Source: Rhodosorus marinus CCMP1338
Taxonomy: Eukaryota > Plantae > Rhodophyta
NCBI GenBank assembly: GCA_029953675.1
Contig: JAMWBK010000008.1
Location: forward strand, 1-64,000
Length of the DNA: 64,000 nt
Direction of reading: 5' to 3'
The notes under the pieces were generated by a model, which saw only the letters and a program-made list of their open reading frames with translations, was not told the DNA's origin and made no database searches. Position numbers and translations under genes: made by a program. Numbering within the stretch: position 1 is the stretch's first letter; each line of letters opens with the position of its first letter. Shown piece by piece: positions 45,524 to 58,046 of the stretch.

Positions 45524-48122
45524 GAACGAATGGTTTAATCGGAGGCTGAAAAAAACCCCCGAGGGGAAAAAAAGACTAAGCGCGGCGAAGTACTCGCGCC
45601 TCCAACATCAAAGCGGCATTCATGCGCCACAGCAGGAAACTTAAGCGGGTAAACAACGATTGAAGACGGTCAGGGCGTTCGCGGAACAACTCCCGAAGCC
45701 AGCGAGAACCAACAGAGTCCATGAACCCAAAGCACTCAATGATCAGGGGTACCAAGCGATGTGCTAGTGCCGAAGCACGAACACCAGGGGAAGACAAAGC
45801 CCCCGCGTATTTGATCTCTTTGCGGCGTCTCATGCTGGCGGCGGCAGATCCACGGCGCTCCCCTGCAGCCGGGAGATAACGACTAGCTTGAGGGTTAGGA
45901 ACAGCAAGATCAACGTATGTGGTACGGCGGCTGTCGTCACAGGTGATCACCAGGTCGGCTACACGGCGTTCATCATTTTGAAAGTCCGCGACGGGTAAAG
46001 GTTTCTCACGTTCGATTTCCAGACCGGCTTGCCGGACTATAGGCCGAAGTTCCCGGTATAACAGGTTCAAGATCCGTGTATGGCGGCGGGTTCGAGCACC
46101 TTTCACCGCCGGGCAACTAGCGAGCAGGTGGGCGCCAAAATCTGCGTTGTCGTCAGTCTGAGAGCAGAGAGGGCACGACGAACCCATCTCGTACGGCCAA
46201 GGGGGCTGATGTAAGCCGAGGTATAAGCGCAGTGAAGTACGCACTTCGAAATCCGACAGTGTGAGTGGCGGAAAGGCTGGTACGGTCATGAGCCACTGAG
46301 AGCTAATAACCCCTCCAAGACTACGTAGGCGGGCGCGAGCGCGAGAAGATGAGACCATCTGCGCGAGGAGTCGGCCATATGCAGCACGGTGCAAGTCCCA
46401 AGAAAGGATACTTTGCAGCGCATCCGTGCGTGCTTGAGCTCGGCTCCCAGCGCGCTGGGAATCATCAGGAGGATCAACTGGAACTTCTTCTTCTGCGGCA
46501 ACCACTGGGTCAATCTCCCCTAGAACAGGTTCAGGCGCAGGACGAATCCCCGGGGTGGAGCCTCGAGAGCGGTCAAATACAGCTCGCCAGTCAGGAAGAC
46601 GGGGTTGAACGGTTTAGGGGAGACTAGTACAGGAATTCAGGGCGGTTTGGAGCTCCAGAAACAAGTCTTGGGCGCTTTCCGGTACGCTGGGAAGCAAGAC
46701 ACCCCGCGAGAGGCTCGCCATCAAATTGCGGAACCTCGAGATACCCAAGCTGCTCAAAGTGGGAAGTGCGGTTCCCCAGGCCCCTACTGCGGCTGCAGGT
46801 TGGACCACAACACGATTGCAGAGGCCCAGTCCCCCCAATCGCAATGGGAGGCCTACCTGGGCGCGCACAACATCACAGGTGGGTCGCGGCAGAGCGCTCA
46901 GCTCGTCGTCGAGAAAATACCCCAGGTCACGGAAACTTTCAGCATCCGCACGAGTGGCCAACCACCGGCCCCAATGAGTTGGAAGTGAGCGAAGCCAATA
47001 GGTTACCCGCTGACTGCAACAATACCGAAACAGCAACAACGAGCACTGGAGAAAGCCCAGAGGTAGCCGTCGAAGCTCTGCAACCAGCTGTCTGTGCTTA
47101 CCGAGGAGCTGCAGCAACTCGCCTTCAACGAAGGACGGCGACCCGTAGGGGATGCCTAAGTGGACAAAACCATCCGGTCTCCAAATATCCTGGAACGACG
47201 CAGGTACCTGCTGCTCTTGTGCAGCTACACCTCCCCAGTAGAACGATTTGTGATGATTAACCTCCAAGTCAACCCGCGAAGCCAAGGAGCGGAGACGATC
47301 ATAAGCGAGCGCTAGAGTATCGGGGGGCCCCAGGAGGCACACGTCGTCGTGGTATGCAACCGTACGAACCTGCGGGAATTCGGAGCGAAGACAAAGCAAG
47401 ACGAGTTGTAGTCCACAGGCATGTAGGAAAGGGGACAAGGGATCACCCTGTTGTACCCCTGTGCGCGCCGCAAACGTGTGTGAGGAAGCGCCAAGGGTGT
47501 CATAGGTAGCCCCACGACCAAGCGGAGAATAAAGTCTACTAACAAAGGGAAAGCCTACGGGGAAGACTTCGCGCACCACGTGCATGAGAGCCGGACGAGA
47601 GACGCGGTTGAACGCATTGATAAAATCTACAGAGAGGAGCCCAGAATCTGGGGAGTACGCCATTTCCGAACGGAGTAAAACAGACAACAACTCACAGCCA
47701 CCACGATAGCCCACGCCTAACTGCACGTGCCCAAAGAAACGGCGGGATTCGGGAACCAGGATTTTCACTAACCATCGCGCCGCCAATTTGCGGACCACCT
47801 CAACCAGGCCAATAGGGCGAATAGCAGGGCTCGAGGCCGTGTGACCGGGCTTCGAAAGCAGACACAACTGCGAACGCCCGGCCAAGAACCACGCACACTC
47901 ACACAGGGGATCACCATTCACAAGCGCTTCGACCACCAACGCCAACGCCTTCAAACCTTCATCACTTAAGAAACGGAGATATTCCACCCCCAGCCCCGAG
48001 GGCCCTGGGGAACGGCCCTTCGGAGCATCATGAACCAACTCACGCACCGCCTCCAGATTGACCACTAACCGCGCACTGGGATGTGGCGCGGCGCGGTACT
48101 CTTCCAACACTGATTCAAACGA

Positions 48123-49505
48123 AGAGCTGAGCGCTCTGCCGCGACCCACCTGTGATGTTGTGCGCGCCCAGGTAGGCCTCCCATTGCGATTGGGGGGACT
48201 GGGCCTCTGCAATCGTGTTGTGGTCCAACCTGCAGCCGCAGTAGGGGCCTGGGGAACCGCACTTCCCACTTTGAGCAGCTTGGGTATCTCGAAGTTCCGC
48301 AATTTGATGGCGAGCCTCTCGCGGGGTGTCTTGCTTCCCAGCGTACCGGAAAGCGCCCAAGAGTTGTTTCTGGAGCTCCAAACCGCCCTGAATTCCTGTA
48401 CTAGTTTCCCCGAAACCGTTCAACCCCGTCTTCCTGACTGGCGAGCTGTATTTGACCGCTCTCGAGGCTCCGCCCCGAGGATTCGTCCTGCGCCTGAACC
48501 TGTTCTAGGGGAGATTGACCCAGTGGTTGCCGCAGAAGAAGAAGTTCCAGTTGATCCTCCTGATGATTCCCAGCGCGCTGGGAGCCGAGCTCAAGCACGC
48601 ACGGATGCGCTGCAAAATATCCTTTCTTGGGACTTGCACCGTGCTGCATATGGCCGACTCCTCGCGCAGATGGTCTCATCTTCTCGCGCTCGCGCCCGCC
48701 TACGTAGTCTTGGAGGGGTTATTAGCTCTCAGTGGCTCATGACCGTACCAGCCTTTCCGCCACTCACACTGTCGGATTTCGAAGTGCGTACTTCACTGCG
48801 CTTATACCTCGGCTTACATCAGCCCTCTTGGCCGTACGAGATGGGTTCGTCGTGCCCTCTCTGCTCTCAGACTGACGACAACGCAGATTTTGGCGCCCAC
48901 CTGCTCGCTAGTTGCCCGGCGGTGAAAGGTGCTCGAACCCGCTACACGGATCTTGAACCTGTTATACCGGAAACTTCGGCCTATAGTCCGGCAAGCCGGT
49001 CTGGAAATCGAACGTGAGAAACCTTTACCCGTCGCGGACTTTCAAAATGATGAACGCCGTGTAGCCGACCTGGTGATCACCTGTGACGACAGCCGCCGTA
49101 CCACATACGTTGATCTTGCTGTTCCTAACCCTCAAGCTAGTCGTTATCTCCCGGCTGCGGGGGAGCGCCGTGGATCTGCCGCCGCCAGCATGAGACGCTG
49201 CAAAGAGATCAAATACGCGGGGGCTTTGTCTTCCCCTGGTGTTCGTGCTTCGGCACTAGCATATCGCTTGGTACCCCTGATCATTGAGTGCTTTGGGTTC
49301 ATGGACTCTGTTGGTTCTCGCTGGCTTCGGGAGTTGTTCCGCGAACGCCCTGACCGTCTTCAATCGTTGTTTACCCGCTTAAGTTTCCTGCTGTGGCGCA
49401 TGAATGCCGCTTTGATGTTGGAGGCGCGAGTACTTCGCCGCGCTTAGTCTTTTTTTCCCCTCGGGTTTTTTTTTTTCAGCCTCCGATTAAACCATTCGTT
49501 CGTTC
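48123..49505 (+). mobile_element. 5'-truncated family X copy inserted antisense into X, with 11-bp TSD GATTCAAACGA
   Basis: TSD at 48112-48122 and 49506-49516. The flanks rejoin as ...DSSFESVLEE... Confidence 0.92.
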
Positions 49506-50119
49506 GATTCAAACGAGGAGTCCCAAGGGGAGCCTCCCAAGGGGAGCCTTCCGAGGGAAAGAGCAAACGGAGCGGTGAAGAAAGATCATCGGAGTATGGA
49601 ACCACAGGTTGCCGCTGCTGGAGGATCCCGGCTGCCCGCCGCAGATCACCGCCTGCCACCGCGTGACGCGCCCAATTCTGTCGAGAAGACCTAAAAGCTG
49701 AGCGAGCACTAGGAGAAAAGGAAGAGAGAGAAGCGAAATGAAGACGTTCGAGGTCCTCAAAGTCGCCGGAAAGGAACATTTGCAGTTTTCGGCGAGGGTG
49801 GACCCGGCGAGGATGTGGGTTGAGGGGGACGGTAGAGGAGGTGAGCACGAGGCGGGGAAAAATGAACAAGAGTTCCCAGCGAAGAGAGCAGTGAGGGTTC
49901 GCGGCGACCTGCTGCCAGAGAAAATCCAACACCAATCCTAGGGGCTTATGAAGTCGACGAGGGAGCCGTACGGCCGTGCTCTGACGACAAAGGGGAAGGG
50001 AACCGTCCGGGTAGGAGGCGACAAGGTGCGAAAACCACGAGAGAACACGCTCATGCCAGGATAAGCGGTCACTGGTAAACAGGGGTAACCGGGACGACAC
50101 GCACGCGGAGGAGGAAGAC

Positions 50120-51418
50120 TCAGACATCGGGCCTCCCCTCAGTCGGGAAGGCAGATCGAATATCCGGAGGAGGTGCCTCGGAGGGAGGCTCAGGAGCCGC
50201 ACGACGCTTACGTGGGGGGCGCACGAAGGAACAAAAAGACCTGAAGAACGTAGACACAGGGTTTTCAGCAGCGGAGTCTTGACTGAGGGTGTCCAGAGCC
50301 AGCGGATTCGGAGAGGCCGATGGTGCTTCTGCCATGTCGGTGGAACGAGCCTCGGAGACAGGGCGAGGGGAGGAAGGGTGCTCAAGAGTCAGCGGTAGAA
50401 GGTCAAACGCAGGGTGGGCTTCCAGCAGGGTGGCCTCAGTGGAGAGGAAGGCCTCTAGCGCGGTGCGGAGGACCCCGCGAGGAGGAAAACGCGCGAAGAG
50501 GCTCGCCTGTATGCGCGAGTGCCGCGCCGCATGAGTGTGTAGCGCGACAACCGAAGCCTGCGAGGCATTCAGGTTTTGCAAGGCCGACGGAGGAACCCAT
50601 CCGGCGTCAAAACGATCGAACTCGACAAACAAAGAGACATGAGGACGAATCAGTATCATGTTGGCCAGAGCAGAGCGCTGGGGCGCGGGGGTGCTTACAA
50701 GCGATTGAAGGAACTGGTAAGCCGAGTCAGTAACAAGAAAACAGGCATGAGGGCCCGTGAAGTCCACATATAGGAATTCAGACGGGGCGACCCCAAGGGA
50801 GGAAGCCATGGTGTCGCGAAAATCGCGGTAGTGGACGGGGGCGCGGCCCGGACCACGAGAGGGGGTCTGGGGACGCACGTTCGTCATCCAAACAAAGTGG
50901 AACGGAGATAGTTGGCGAGAAGAGTCAATAGGGATGTGTTGTGGCATCATACGCACCATTGCCGTCGTGCGTTGTTCAGAAGAGCCCCTGCGCAGGACCT
51001 GCGAATAGGTCGCACGTGGGGCACTGGAGGGAGCAGGAGTCGGGCCCGACGCGGGCCTAGGAGGCGTCTGTCCTTCAATAGGGGTAGGCCAGTCGGAATC
51101 AGGAATGACCGGAGCGGAGCGCTCGGGTCGGGTGGAGGCATGCCCCGCTGTACCGTGCGGATCCGCGGGGACGGGCACCGGGGGGTATGGGGCAGGCGCG
51201 GAGGCGGAGAAGCGCTCCAAATAGGCGATCAGCAGGGGCAGGCGGTGTTTCTGGGAAGCATTCACAAGAAGACTCGTCAGTTTCGAGCAGATCACATGGG
51301 CCAACTCGTCAGCGCAGTCCGTGAGGGTGGCCGCGGTACTAAACCCGCCCACGCTGAGCTCCACGCGCGCTGAGAGAACGGCTCCGTCCGCCGGAATGGG
51401 TGGGGAAACCCCAACCAT
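50120..51418 (-). CDS. Family X ORF1 (RRM-like core)
   Basis: Open 433-codon frame with MTNVRP...SLGV..LYVDFTGPHACFL. The stop overlaps the ORF2 start (ATGTCTGA). Confidence 0.78.
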   Translation of the reverse strand: MVGVSPPIPADGAVLSARVELSVGGFSTAATLTDCADELAHVICSKLTSLLVNASQKHRLPLLIAYLERFSASAPAPYPPVPVPADPHGTAGHASTRPERSAPVIPDSDWPTPIEGQTPPRPASGPTPAPSSAPRATYSQVLRRGSSEQRTTAMVRMMPQHIPIDSSRQLSPFHFVWMTNVRPQTPSRGPGRAPVHYRDFRDTMASSLGVAPSEFLYVDFTGPHACFLVTDSAYQFLQSLVSTPAPQRSALANMILIRPHVSLFVEFDRFDAGWVPPSALQNLNASQASVVALHTHAARHSRIQASLFARFPPRGVLRTALEAFLSTEATLLEAHPAFDLLPLTLEHPSSPRPVSEARSTDMAEAPSASPNPLALDTLSQDSAAENPVSTFFRSFCSFVRPPRKRRAAPEPPSEAPPPDIRSAFPTEGRPDV

Positions 51419-51676
51419 AACGATTGGAAGGTGTGAAAAACCGATTCTCCCACGAAACCCCCAAAAAGAGAACTTGTTCCCAACGTTTGCAACCAAAGAA
51501 AAACCACCACGACCTCCAAGGGGCGCTAGCAACCCCCAGCACGCACCACACCACTAGAAGATGCGGGGGAAAGGCTGCAGAAAGAAGCACCTCCCACCGA
51601 AGAACACAATTGCGACTCAAAACCACCAAAAGCCAGCACCATACACGCTCACGAAACCAAAAACAAAGTTCATTCA

Positions 51677-51813
51677 ATTCCCAGCGCTTGGTAGCACTGG
51701 TCGTAGCTCTGCAGCTGGTGGAGAAAGGCGACAGCTGGGTCTGCTGTGGCCTGCTCCGCTGCAAGGTGTTCCCCATTCCTCTCTCCCTCTTGTGCTGCTC
51801 CCCTGTGCTGGTC

Positions 51814-51852
<39 letters not shown>

Positions 51853-52017
51853 TAGCAGTTCTTTCTCCCTCTCCATCTCGCGGGTACCCGAGGTGTGTGG
51901 GCCCGCGATCACAAGCGGCTCGGGGTACGGCCCGCGAACCTCCTTCACAATCATACTTGTAACTGTTAATCAGCTTTTACCGTCGTTTACCACAAACAAA
52001 GCCGTCCAAAAACCAAA
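51677..52017 (-). mobile_element. T-G 5' end and ORF1 N-terminus (ATG 51954) with (CAG)n
   Basis: Matches 17500-17840. Preceded on the minus strand by telomere units at 52018-52043 and 52066-52083. Confidence 0.85.
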
Positions 52018-54149
52018 ACCCCAGACCCCAGACTAACGTAACCGTAAGCTTACCCCTGTCCAGGGAGACTAACGTAACCCCAGTAGTACTGCTACGGTCC
52101 AAACGGTCCATACGAGACTAAACCACCGAGGTGTGTCGTCAAGGGACTTTCTAAGGAGCCATGTCGCATTATTGCCCTTTAGGGGATCGATTGGTAGAAT
52201 CTATACCCGACCCAAGCTTGCTCGCAAACCGTAAGAATCGATGCCAATGAATCCTGCCATAGAGTCCAAAAAACCCGAACCGCGGAAAACCTACACGTGA
52301 GTAACCAGCCGCAGGGCTTCAGACGATATTAGTAGAAACCATTCACAGGTCATCATCACATACCTTGTCATCTACCCGTCAGAATCGAACGAATGGTTTA
52401 ATCAGAATCCGCGGAATGATGGAATTTCCCGAACGCTGGTTGCGTTCAGAAATGGTAGTTCTCCGTGATGTGGATTGTACTACTTGTGGTATCAGCTTTG
52501 CAGACTGAGAAACTCCTGATCGGAGATGCCATGGACAGAGGTTTTAGAGTACTGGCTTGGTCTGCGAAAGGCCCTTGACAAAAGCTTCCCAAACCGACTC
52601 CGCTGAAACCTCATGATCGTTCATAAACAGCTCCGAAAGCAGAATAATCCAGTTTGCACTTTCGCTAAACTGTGCACTCATTATTTGCAACTCTTTCGTC
52701 CCCCGGCAGCTAGGGGGCACAGTGGGCACTGTCAATAAGAGCTAAGTACCGAATGAAAACGGACAACGTAGAATCGGATCGACTTTCAGGTCACCTGCTA
52801 CCATTCGAAATATATGGTTTATTCGACCGTGTGCTGTACTGCAAGAGATATCGGAGCATGAAACGTTTCGTTCAGCTTTGCCTTTGGCTCCTTCAATTAG
52901 ACCGCACTCGCATAGAAACAAGTGAAGAGCGGAAGTGTGTCCGCGGAGATGCTGGCACTGAGTTCGGAGGTACAGATCAGATTAGTATGCCCAGATAGTT
53001 TCGCTCAAACAAAATCCGCGCGGGAAAACCAGCTTTCGGCGCTCGCGGATCAGCGCATACTCTGCGTCTAGATCCACTTCTTATGATGCTATGGAGGAGT
53101 TGCATGCACACCAAAAAAGAAAAGCAGTTGTCATGAGTAGAATTCCCTCGTCCTAAACGTCATCGCAAAACGTACCGTAGTCAATCCTGCAAAAGCGTGA
53201 TGGGATCTGTATTTGGAGCCGCGCGGACTTGCAACCAAAAGGACTCGAGGCTCTCGTTAGCTTCCAAGCGCTTCTGAATCCAAACTTAAAGGCGACGATG
53301 CAAGGTGTCTATGTATCTGTCGTTCGTTGCCTCTCATCCACTCATGTGCGAGTTCACTACTCGTGGGATAGAGCTCTCCAGGATGCTTCCACTTTCCAAT
53401 ATGTTCCCATCAAAGTTCACCTCCATGAATCTAGCATCCAGATCACCCTCTCGAGTAGCCCTAGAGCTTAGCAACCACACCCTAGCGCTACTTGAGAGGG
53501 GAATGCAACTCTGACTGATCATCATTATCCCTCCTTCCCAAGAGTCCTATGCCCAAACAAAATTCAGAGAAATTCAACCCCTCCAAAAATCATCTAATTC
53601 AAAAAAAACTTACTGGCAATATTTTATAACGAAATAAACTTATGGAAGTCCATCTTTTTATTATAAACAAATATGAAAAAGGAGAAACCCAAAATTCAAA
53701 ATATTTCCTTGACCTGAATATTATCTTACTATTTTTAGATAAATATATCAATAATAAATATTCTATGAAATTCAATATATATATTTCATCCAAGCCATAA
53801 AATATACAATAATCGAATCATTGATTTCTTAGGTTGAAGGGGAAATATTACTGAAATGGTTGCTGTAAACGAGAAAGTCTCCCAAATTAGAGATTTGTTC
53901 GCGCGGTCTGTTTTCGTGGTAGACGACAAGCTTTGGCTGGCTTTCGTGTTTTGGAAGGGGCTTGGGAATCCGCTCGCGTGAGTTGGGGTGAGAACTACGG
54001 ATTTCGATGAATCCAGATGTGAGACTGCTACTTGGGAAAGACGCCCGTGGCCTCTTTTCTCGAGCCTATATAATGAGAGGCTTGGGCACAGTCGCGAGAG
54101 TTGTATGGATGTACGGGTATTGTGGCTTAGGAGCTAGAGGAAGTTGAAG

Positions 54150-55649
54150 ATGATAGCTGTGGACCTTGGCGTTGATGGCCATGGCGGCAGGTCGAGTTTG
54201 GACGGATTGCGGATCGCTGTACTCGGCACGGGACAGTATGGATCTGCCTTTGCAGAGCGGCTTGGACGGAACAACGCTGGAATAAGTGTCGTTTTGGGAT
54301 CGAGGAGAGAGCTTATAGACCCAAACGGATTTCCACTTCCGTGCTCGGTTCTTTCTTATGAGCAGGCTGCGGAAGAATCAGATGTTATTGTTTTTGCATT
54401 CAAAGTCGACGACCATGCGGACGTCGTGGCAAGCTTGGGAAACCGGCTGGAAGGTAAAGTGATTGTCGATGTCTCGAATTCGGCACATAGAAGCTACCTA
54501 CAGAGAATCAGGGAGAGACTATCCAGAACCCAAAACATCGACCAAAGCGCTGGTGGGTCAAATACAATACGTCTCCACCGCCTTCTAGAAAAAGAGCTGG
54601 TACACGCTGACGTTGTTAAGGCATTCAACAACATCTCGGCCTACTCGCTCTCCCTTCCCAGTAGAAGCCCAGGCGCCAGCAGGAACGCCTGTATGATATC
54701 TGGCGACAGTGACGATGCTAAACAGCTCGTCGCAAGAATTGCCCGGACCATGGGATTCGAAGTCGTTCACATGGGAGGTCTGGACGCATCGGCCGGACAG
54801 GAGGGAGCAGTCCATAGTTTCTTTGAGGGGTGGAAGATTGCTTGTGGCATTGGTTTTGCGCTTACCGTCGCCTTCCTGCTGTATGTAACGATAGCCTACT
54901 GGGCAATAAGCTCGTTGGAATGGATTACCTACCCAACCAGGTCGTTTCTAATCGTAACTGGAGACGTATCGGCTGGACTGTTGGCCATGACCTTTCTGCC
55001 CGGACCGATTGCCGCGTTCTGGCAGCTGTTTCGAGGTACGGCGACGCGTCCATTCCCGGCGTGGTTTGGGACTTGGCTGACGATTCGGAAACAGCTTGGA
55101 CTGCTCTCATTCGCAATCTCAATCCCTCACGTGATCATGGCATGCAAGGGAGACGAACCGACGGAGTTGAGAATCTCAAGTCAGCTTGCACCAGTATTCG
55201 GGACAGTGGCGTTTCTTCTGTTCTTCGTCATGTCCTCCTGCTCGAGGGGCACGGCATCCGCGCACTTCACGTGGTCTGAGTTCCGATTCATTTTTGTCCA
55301 CATCGGATACGGCGTTGTAGGCTTCACCCTAGCCCACGTGGTGTGTATTGGAGTGGGGCATGTTGAGGACTTTCACAGCTCGGCAGACAGCACTTCACCG
55401 TTCTCGGGTGAAACCGCGCTGAGCGCAATGTTCCTAGTAGGTGTGCTCGGACTTTCGATTCTACTCAAGCTCATCGTATCAGTACCACCGATGCGCACCT
55501 GGGTAGGGAGGATCAGATCTCACCAGAAGCTTGACTTATTTCCAGTTTGGCTGCGACTCAGCACCTCACCGAGCGACGCGGATGTTAACGCCAGTTTGGA
55601 TCCCGATCGGACTGTTCCAGTTTCTCAAGATTCCGTTCCCGAAGATTAG
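54150..55649 (+). CDS. STEAP-like metalloreductase (F420:NADP oxidoreductase-like N-domain plus ferric-reductase-like transmembrane domain)
   Basis: Motifs IAVLGTGQYG, GSR, GKVIVDVSN, VVKAFN, WLTIRKQLGL..H and WSEFRF..H, with multiple hydrophobic helices. Intronless. Confidence 0.85.
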   Translation: MIAVDLGVDGHGGRSSLDGLRIAVLGTGQYGSAFAERLGRNNAGISVVLGSRRELIDPNGFPLPCSVLSYEQAAEESDVIVFAFKVDDHADVVASLGNRLEGKVIVDVSNSAHRSYLQRIRERLSRTQNIDQSAGGSNTIRLHRLLEKELVHADVVKAFNNISAYSLSLPSRSPGASRNACMISGDSDDAKQLVARIARTMGFEVVHMGGLDASAGQEGAVHSFFEGWKIACGIGFALTVAFLLYVTIAYWAISSLEWITYPTRSFLIVTGDVSAGLLAMTFLPGPIAAFWQLFRGTATRPFPAWFGTWLTIRKQLGLLSFAISIPHVIMACKGDEPTELRISSQLAPVFGTVAFLLFFVMSSCSRGTASAHFTWSEFRFIFVHIGYGVVGFTLAHVVCIGVGHVEDFHSSADSTSPFSGETALSAMFLVGVLGLSILLKLIVSVPPMRTWVGRIRSHQKLDLFPVWLRLSTSPSDADVNASLDPDRTVPVSQDSVPED

Positions 55650-55789
55650 CTGTATATTCCCAAAACCAAACTAAAAAGCAAATACATACAACGCACGTTC
55701 GTGCATCACCTCCGTCCCCTTGCGCCCACTGTCTCTCAGTTCCTGGGGGGAAGACCGCTTTATGTCTTCTCCAACGGACACTTTCAACT

Positions 55790-55875
55790 GGCATCTACTC
55801 GAGTAGCCTGAAGCGCTGCGCAGGGTGTGAAGGGGAACTCAGAAGGTCTAGGCGGCGATGGGGCGGCTTGGCAAG
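55790..55875 (-). mobile_element. 86-bp diverged Y 3'-end insertion with 11-bp TSD
   Basis: CACTTTCAACT at 55779-55789 and 55876-55886, with a gcgcttcaggcta 3'-UTR motif. Confidence 0.75.
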
Positions 55876-55979
55876 CACTTTCAACTAAACGTTGCCTATT
55901 CCAGGGTGGGCTCACCGAGACGGGAGGGGCGCTTGGCAGCCATGCCCGTCAGTCTTCAGAGTCTAAGTAGCTCAAATGC

Positions 55980-58046
55980 TTACTCCACCGTAGCTTTGTA
56001 CGTTGGAATTTGTCTGAATTTGCCGCTCATTTCAAAAGCGTGTGCAAACCGGAGGAGTTGTCCCTCCGAGAACGCAGAAGCGTACATCGATATACCCCGA
56101 ACGAATGGTTTAATCGGAGGCTGAAAAAAAAAATCCCGAGGGGAAAAAAAGACTAAGCGCGGCGAAGTACTCGCGCCTCCAACATCAAAGCGGCATTCAT
56201 GCGCCACAGCAGGAAACTTAAACGGGTAAACAACGATTGAAGACGGTCAGGGCGTTCGCGGAACAACTCCCGAAGCCAGCGAGAACCAACAGAGTCCATG
56301 AACCCAAAGCACTCAATGATCAGGGGTACCAAGCGATGTGCTAGTGCCGAAGCACGAACACCAGGGGAAGACAAAGCCCCCGCGTATTTGATCTCTTTGC
56401 GGCGTCTCATGCTGGCGGCGGCAGATCCACGGCGCTCCCCCGCAGCCGGGAGATAACGACTAGCTTGAGGGTTAGGAACAGCAAGATCAACGTATGTGGT
56501 ACGGCGGCTGTCGTCACAGGTGATCACCAGGTCGGCTACACGGCGTTCATCATGGGATATACCCCAAGGCAGGCCTTTGTGCAACGGTCCAGGGAAGCTA
56601 CGGTGCGAGATCGGCGGGCGAAAATGTTCAGATAATCAAACTGGACTCAACTTCAGTTTTTCGGGGCTCTTCTTCACCAACCTTATATGGGGGTAGCCAG
56701 CCATTGCCGGTGTCGTAGAACAACCTCCAACATTCGAGAGATTGTCCCCAACCAAAGGATCGATAACATAGGGCGCACAAGAATTCGTCAGGGCGACAAT
56801 AGGGTCCAGATTGTGAGTCTCAAGAAGATTGTCAATCTTAGCCTGAGCTCCCTCCACGTTTGCTTTCCTGGCCGCCAAGTACGACTCATCTCCCCTCCCA
56901 GGAAAGCCTGCGGTCTTCTCCAAAACGTCTTGCCCAAAGAATGGCATCACTCTGTCCGCGTGTTTTCGATTGTATTCGATCAGATCAAGGATACCATCTA
57001 GTCTGCCAGTCTTCGGCAGACTGGTGTCCAAGGAATCCTTGAGTTCAGTCAACAAAACCTTCTCTTCATTCTCGTTGAACAGGTCATACCCGTCCGCGTG
57101 AATTTCAACTATTTCGGCGCCAAGGCTTTCTAAATTGGTGATCGCCGCGATCATAGCAGCGTCAGAACCTTGATGCGTGGACACTGTATCAACATCACAA
57201 ATCCAAGGCGGATATCCTTCAGCATACTGTCGGTGGTGCCCGCCTCGTCAACAAGAAACTTTGTGTAATCGGCACCGACGTAGTCTTTGCTCCATTCCGT
57301 AACAGGATCGTCTGCATCCACACCGGTCAGCACAGTTAGCAGCATAGCAACGTCATGAACACACCGCCCCATCGGCCCGAGCGTGTCCTGAGTGGGGCTG
57401 AACGGCATGACCCCAGTTCGACTCAAAAGTCCAACAGTAGGTTTCAAACCGACGATACCGGTCATAGCAGCGGGTCTAGTGATGCTTCCGTCTGTTTCCG
57501 CGCCAATTGCCACGGTGCATAAGCTTGCGGAGACAGCGGTCCCACTCCCAGAGCTGGATCCAAAAGGAGTTCGGTCAAGAACGTATGGGCTCCTCGTCTG
57601 CCCTCCCAGAGTGCTCCATCCTGAACATCCGTTCTCTGAGCGAAGGAACCCCATTCACTCATATTCGTTTTACCGAGGATCACCGCACCCGCCTCGCGCA
57701 ATTTTTGGACGATAAACGCATCTTTGGGAGCCACATATCCTTCCAACGCAAGGCAACCACAGTTTGTGGACATTTTGTCGGCAGTTCCAATACATTGCTT
57801 CAAGAGAACTGGAATCCCATGCAGCGGCCCACGGGGACCATTCTCAGCACGCTCCTCATCTAGCTTACGGGCAATTTCCACCGCATCCGGATTTACCTCG
57901 ATCACGCTTCGCAAAGTTGGACCGGATTGATCCAAGTCCTCGATTCTCTTCACGTAGCCCTCAACTGCTTCTACTGAAGTCAAAACACGGGTTTCAAACC
58001 TCTCCTGCAGATCCGTAACGCTGGCTTCTACCAGTTCCCCATGACC
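55980..58046 (-). pseudogene. Amidase-signature family gene with two apparent frameshifts (about 57650 and 57195), an 84-nt intron (56598-56681) and an X insertion in the last exon
   Basis: Motifs GPLHGIPVLLK, GKTNMSEW, GSSSGS, GAETDGSI, VGLKPT, AGYPHI and GLPWGIS|MYASAFSEGQLLRFAHAFE. The 5' exon was not located. Confidence 0.82.
56099..56555 (-). mobile_element. 457-bp family X insertion with 10-bp TSD GATATACCCC
   Basis: TSD at 56089-56098 and 56556-56565. Confidence 0.92.

Larger units (their letters stand above)
45524..51676 (-). mobile_element. Full-length but inactivated family X element (5' UTR, ORF1 51418-50120, ORF2 50127-45576) containing an inverted self-insertion
   Basis: RT motifs SPGPSG, IRPIG, VDFINAFN, GVQQGDPLSP and YHDD, plus CPLC..HxxxxC and RVADL..YVDL. 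Lesions are a 14-bp duplication at about 49520-49548, a GAA>TAA change at 46614 and an insertion at 48123-49505. Confidence 0.9.
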
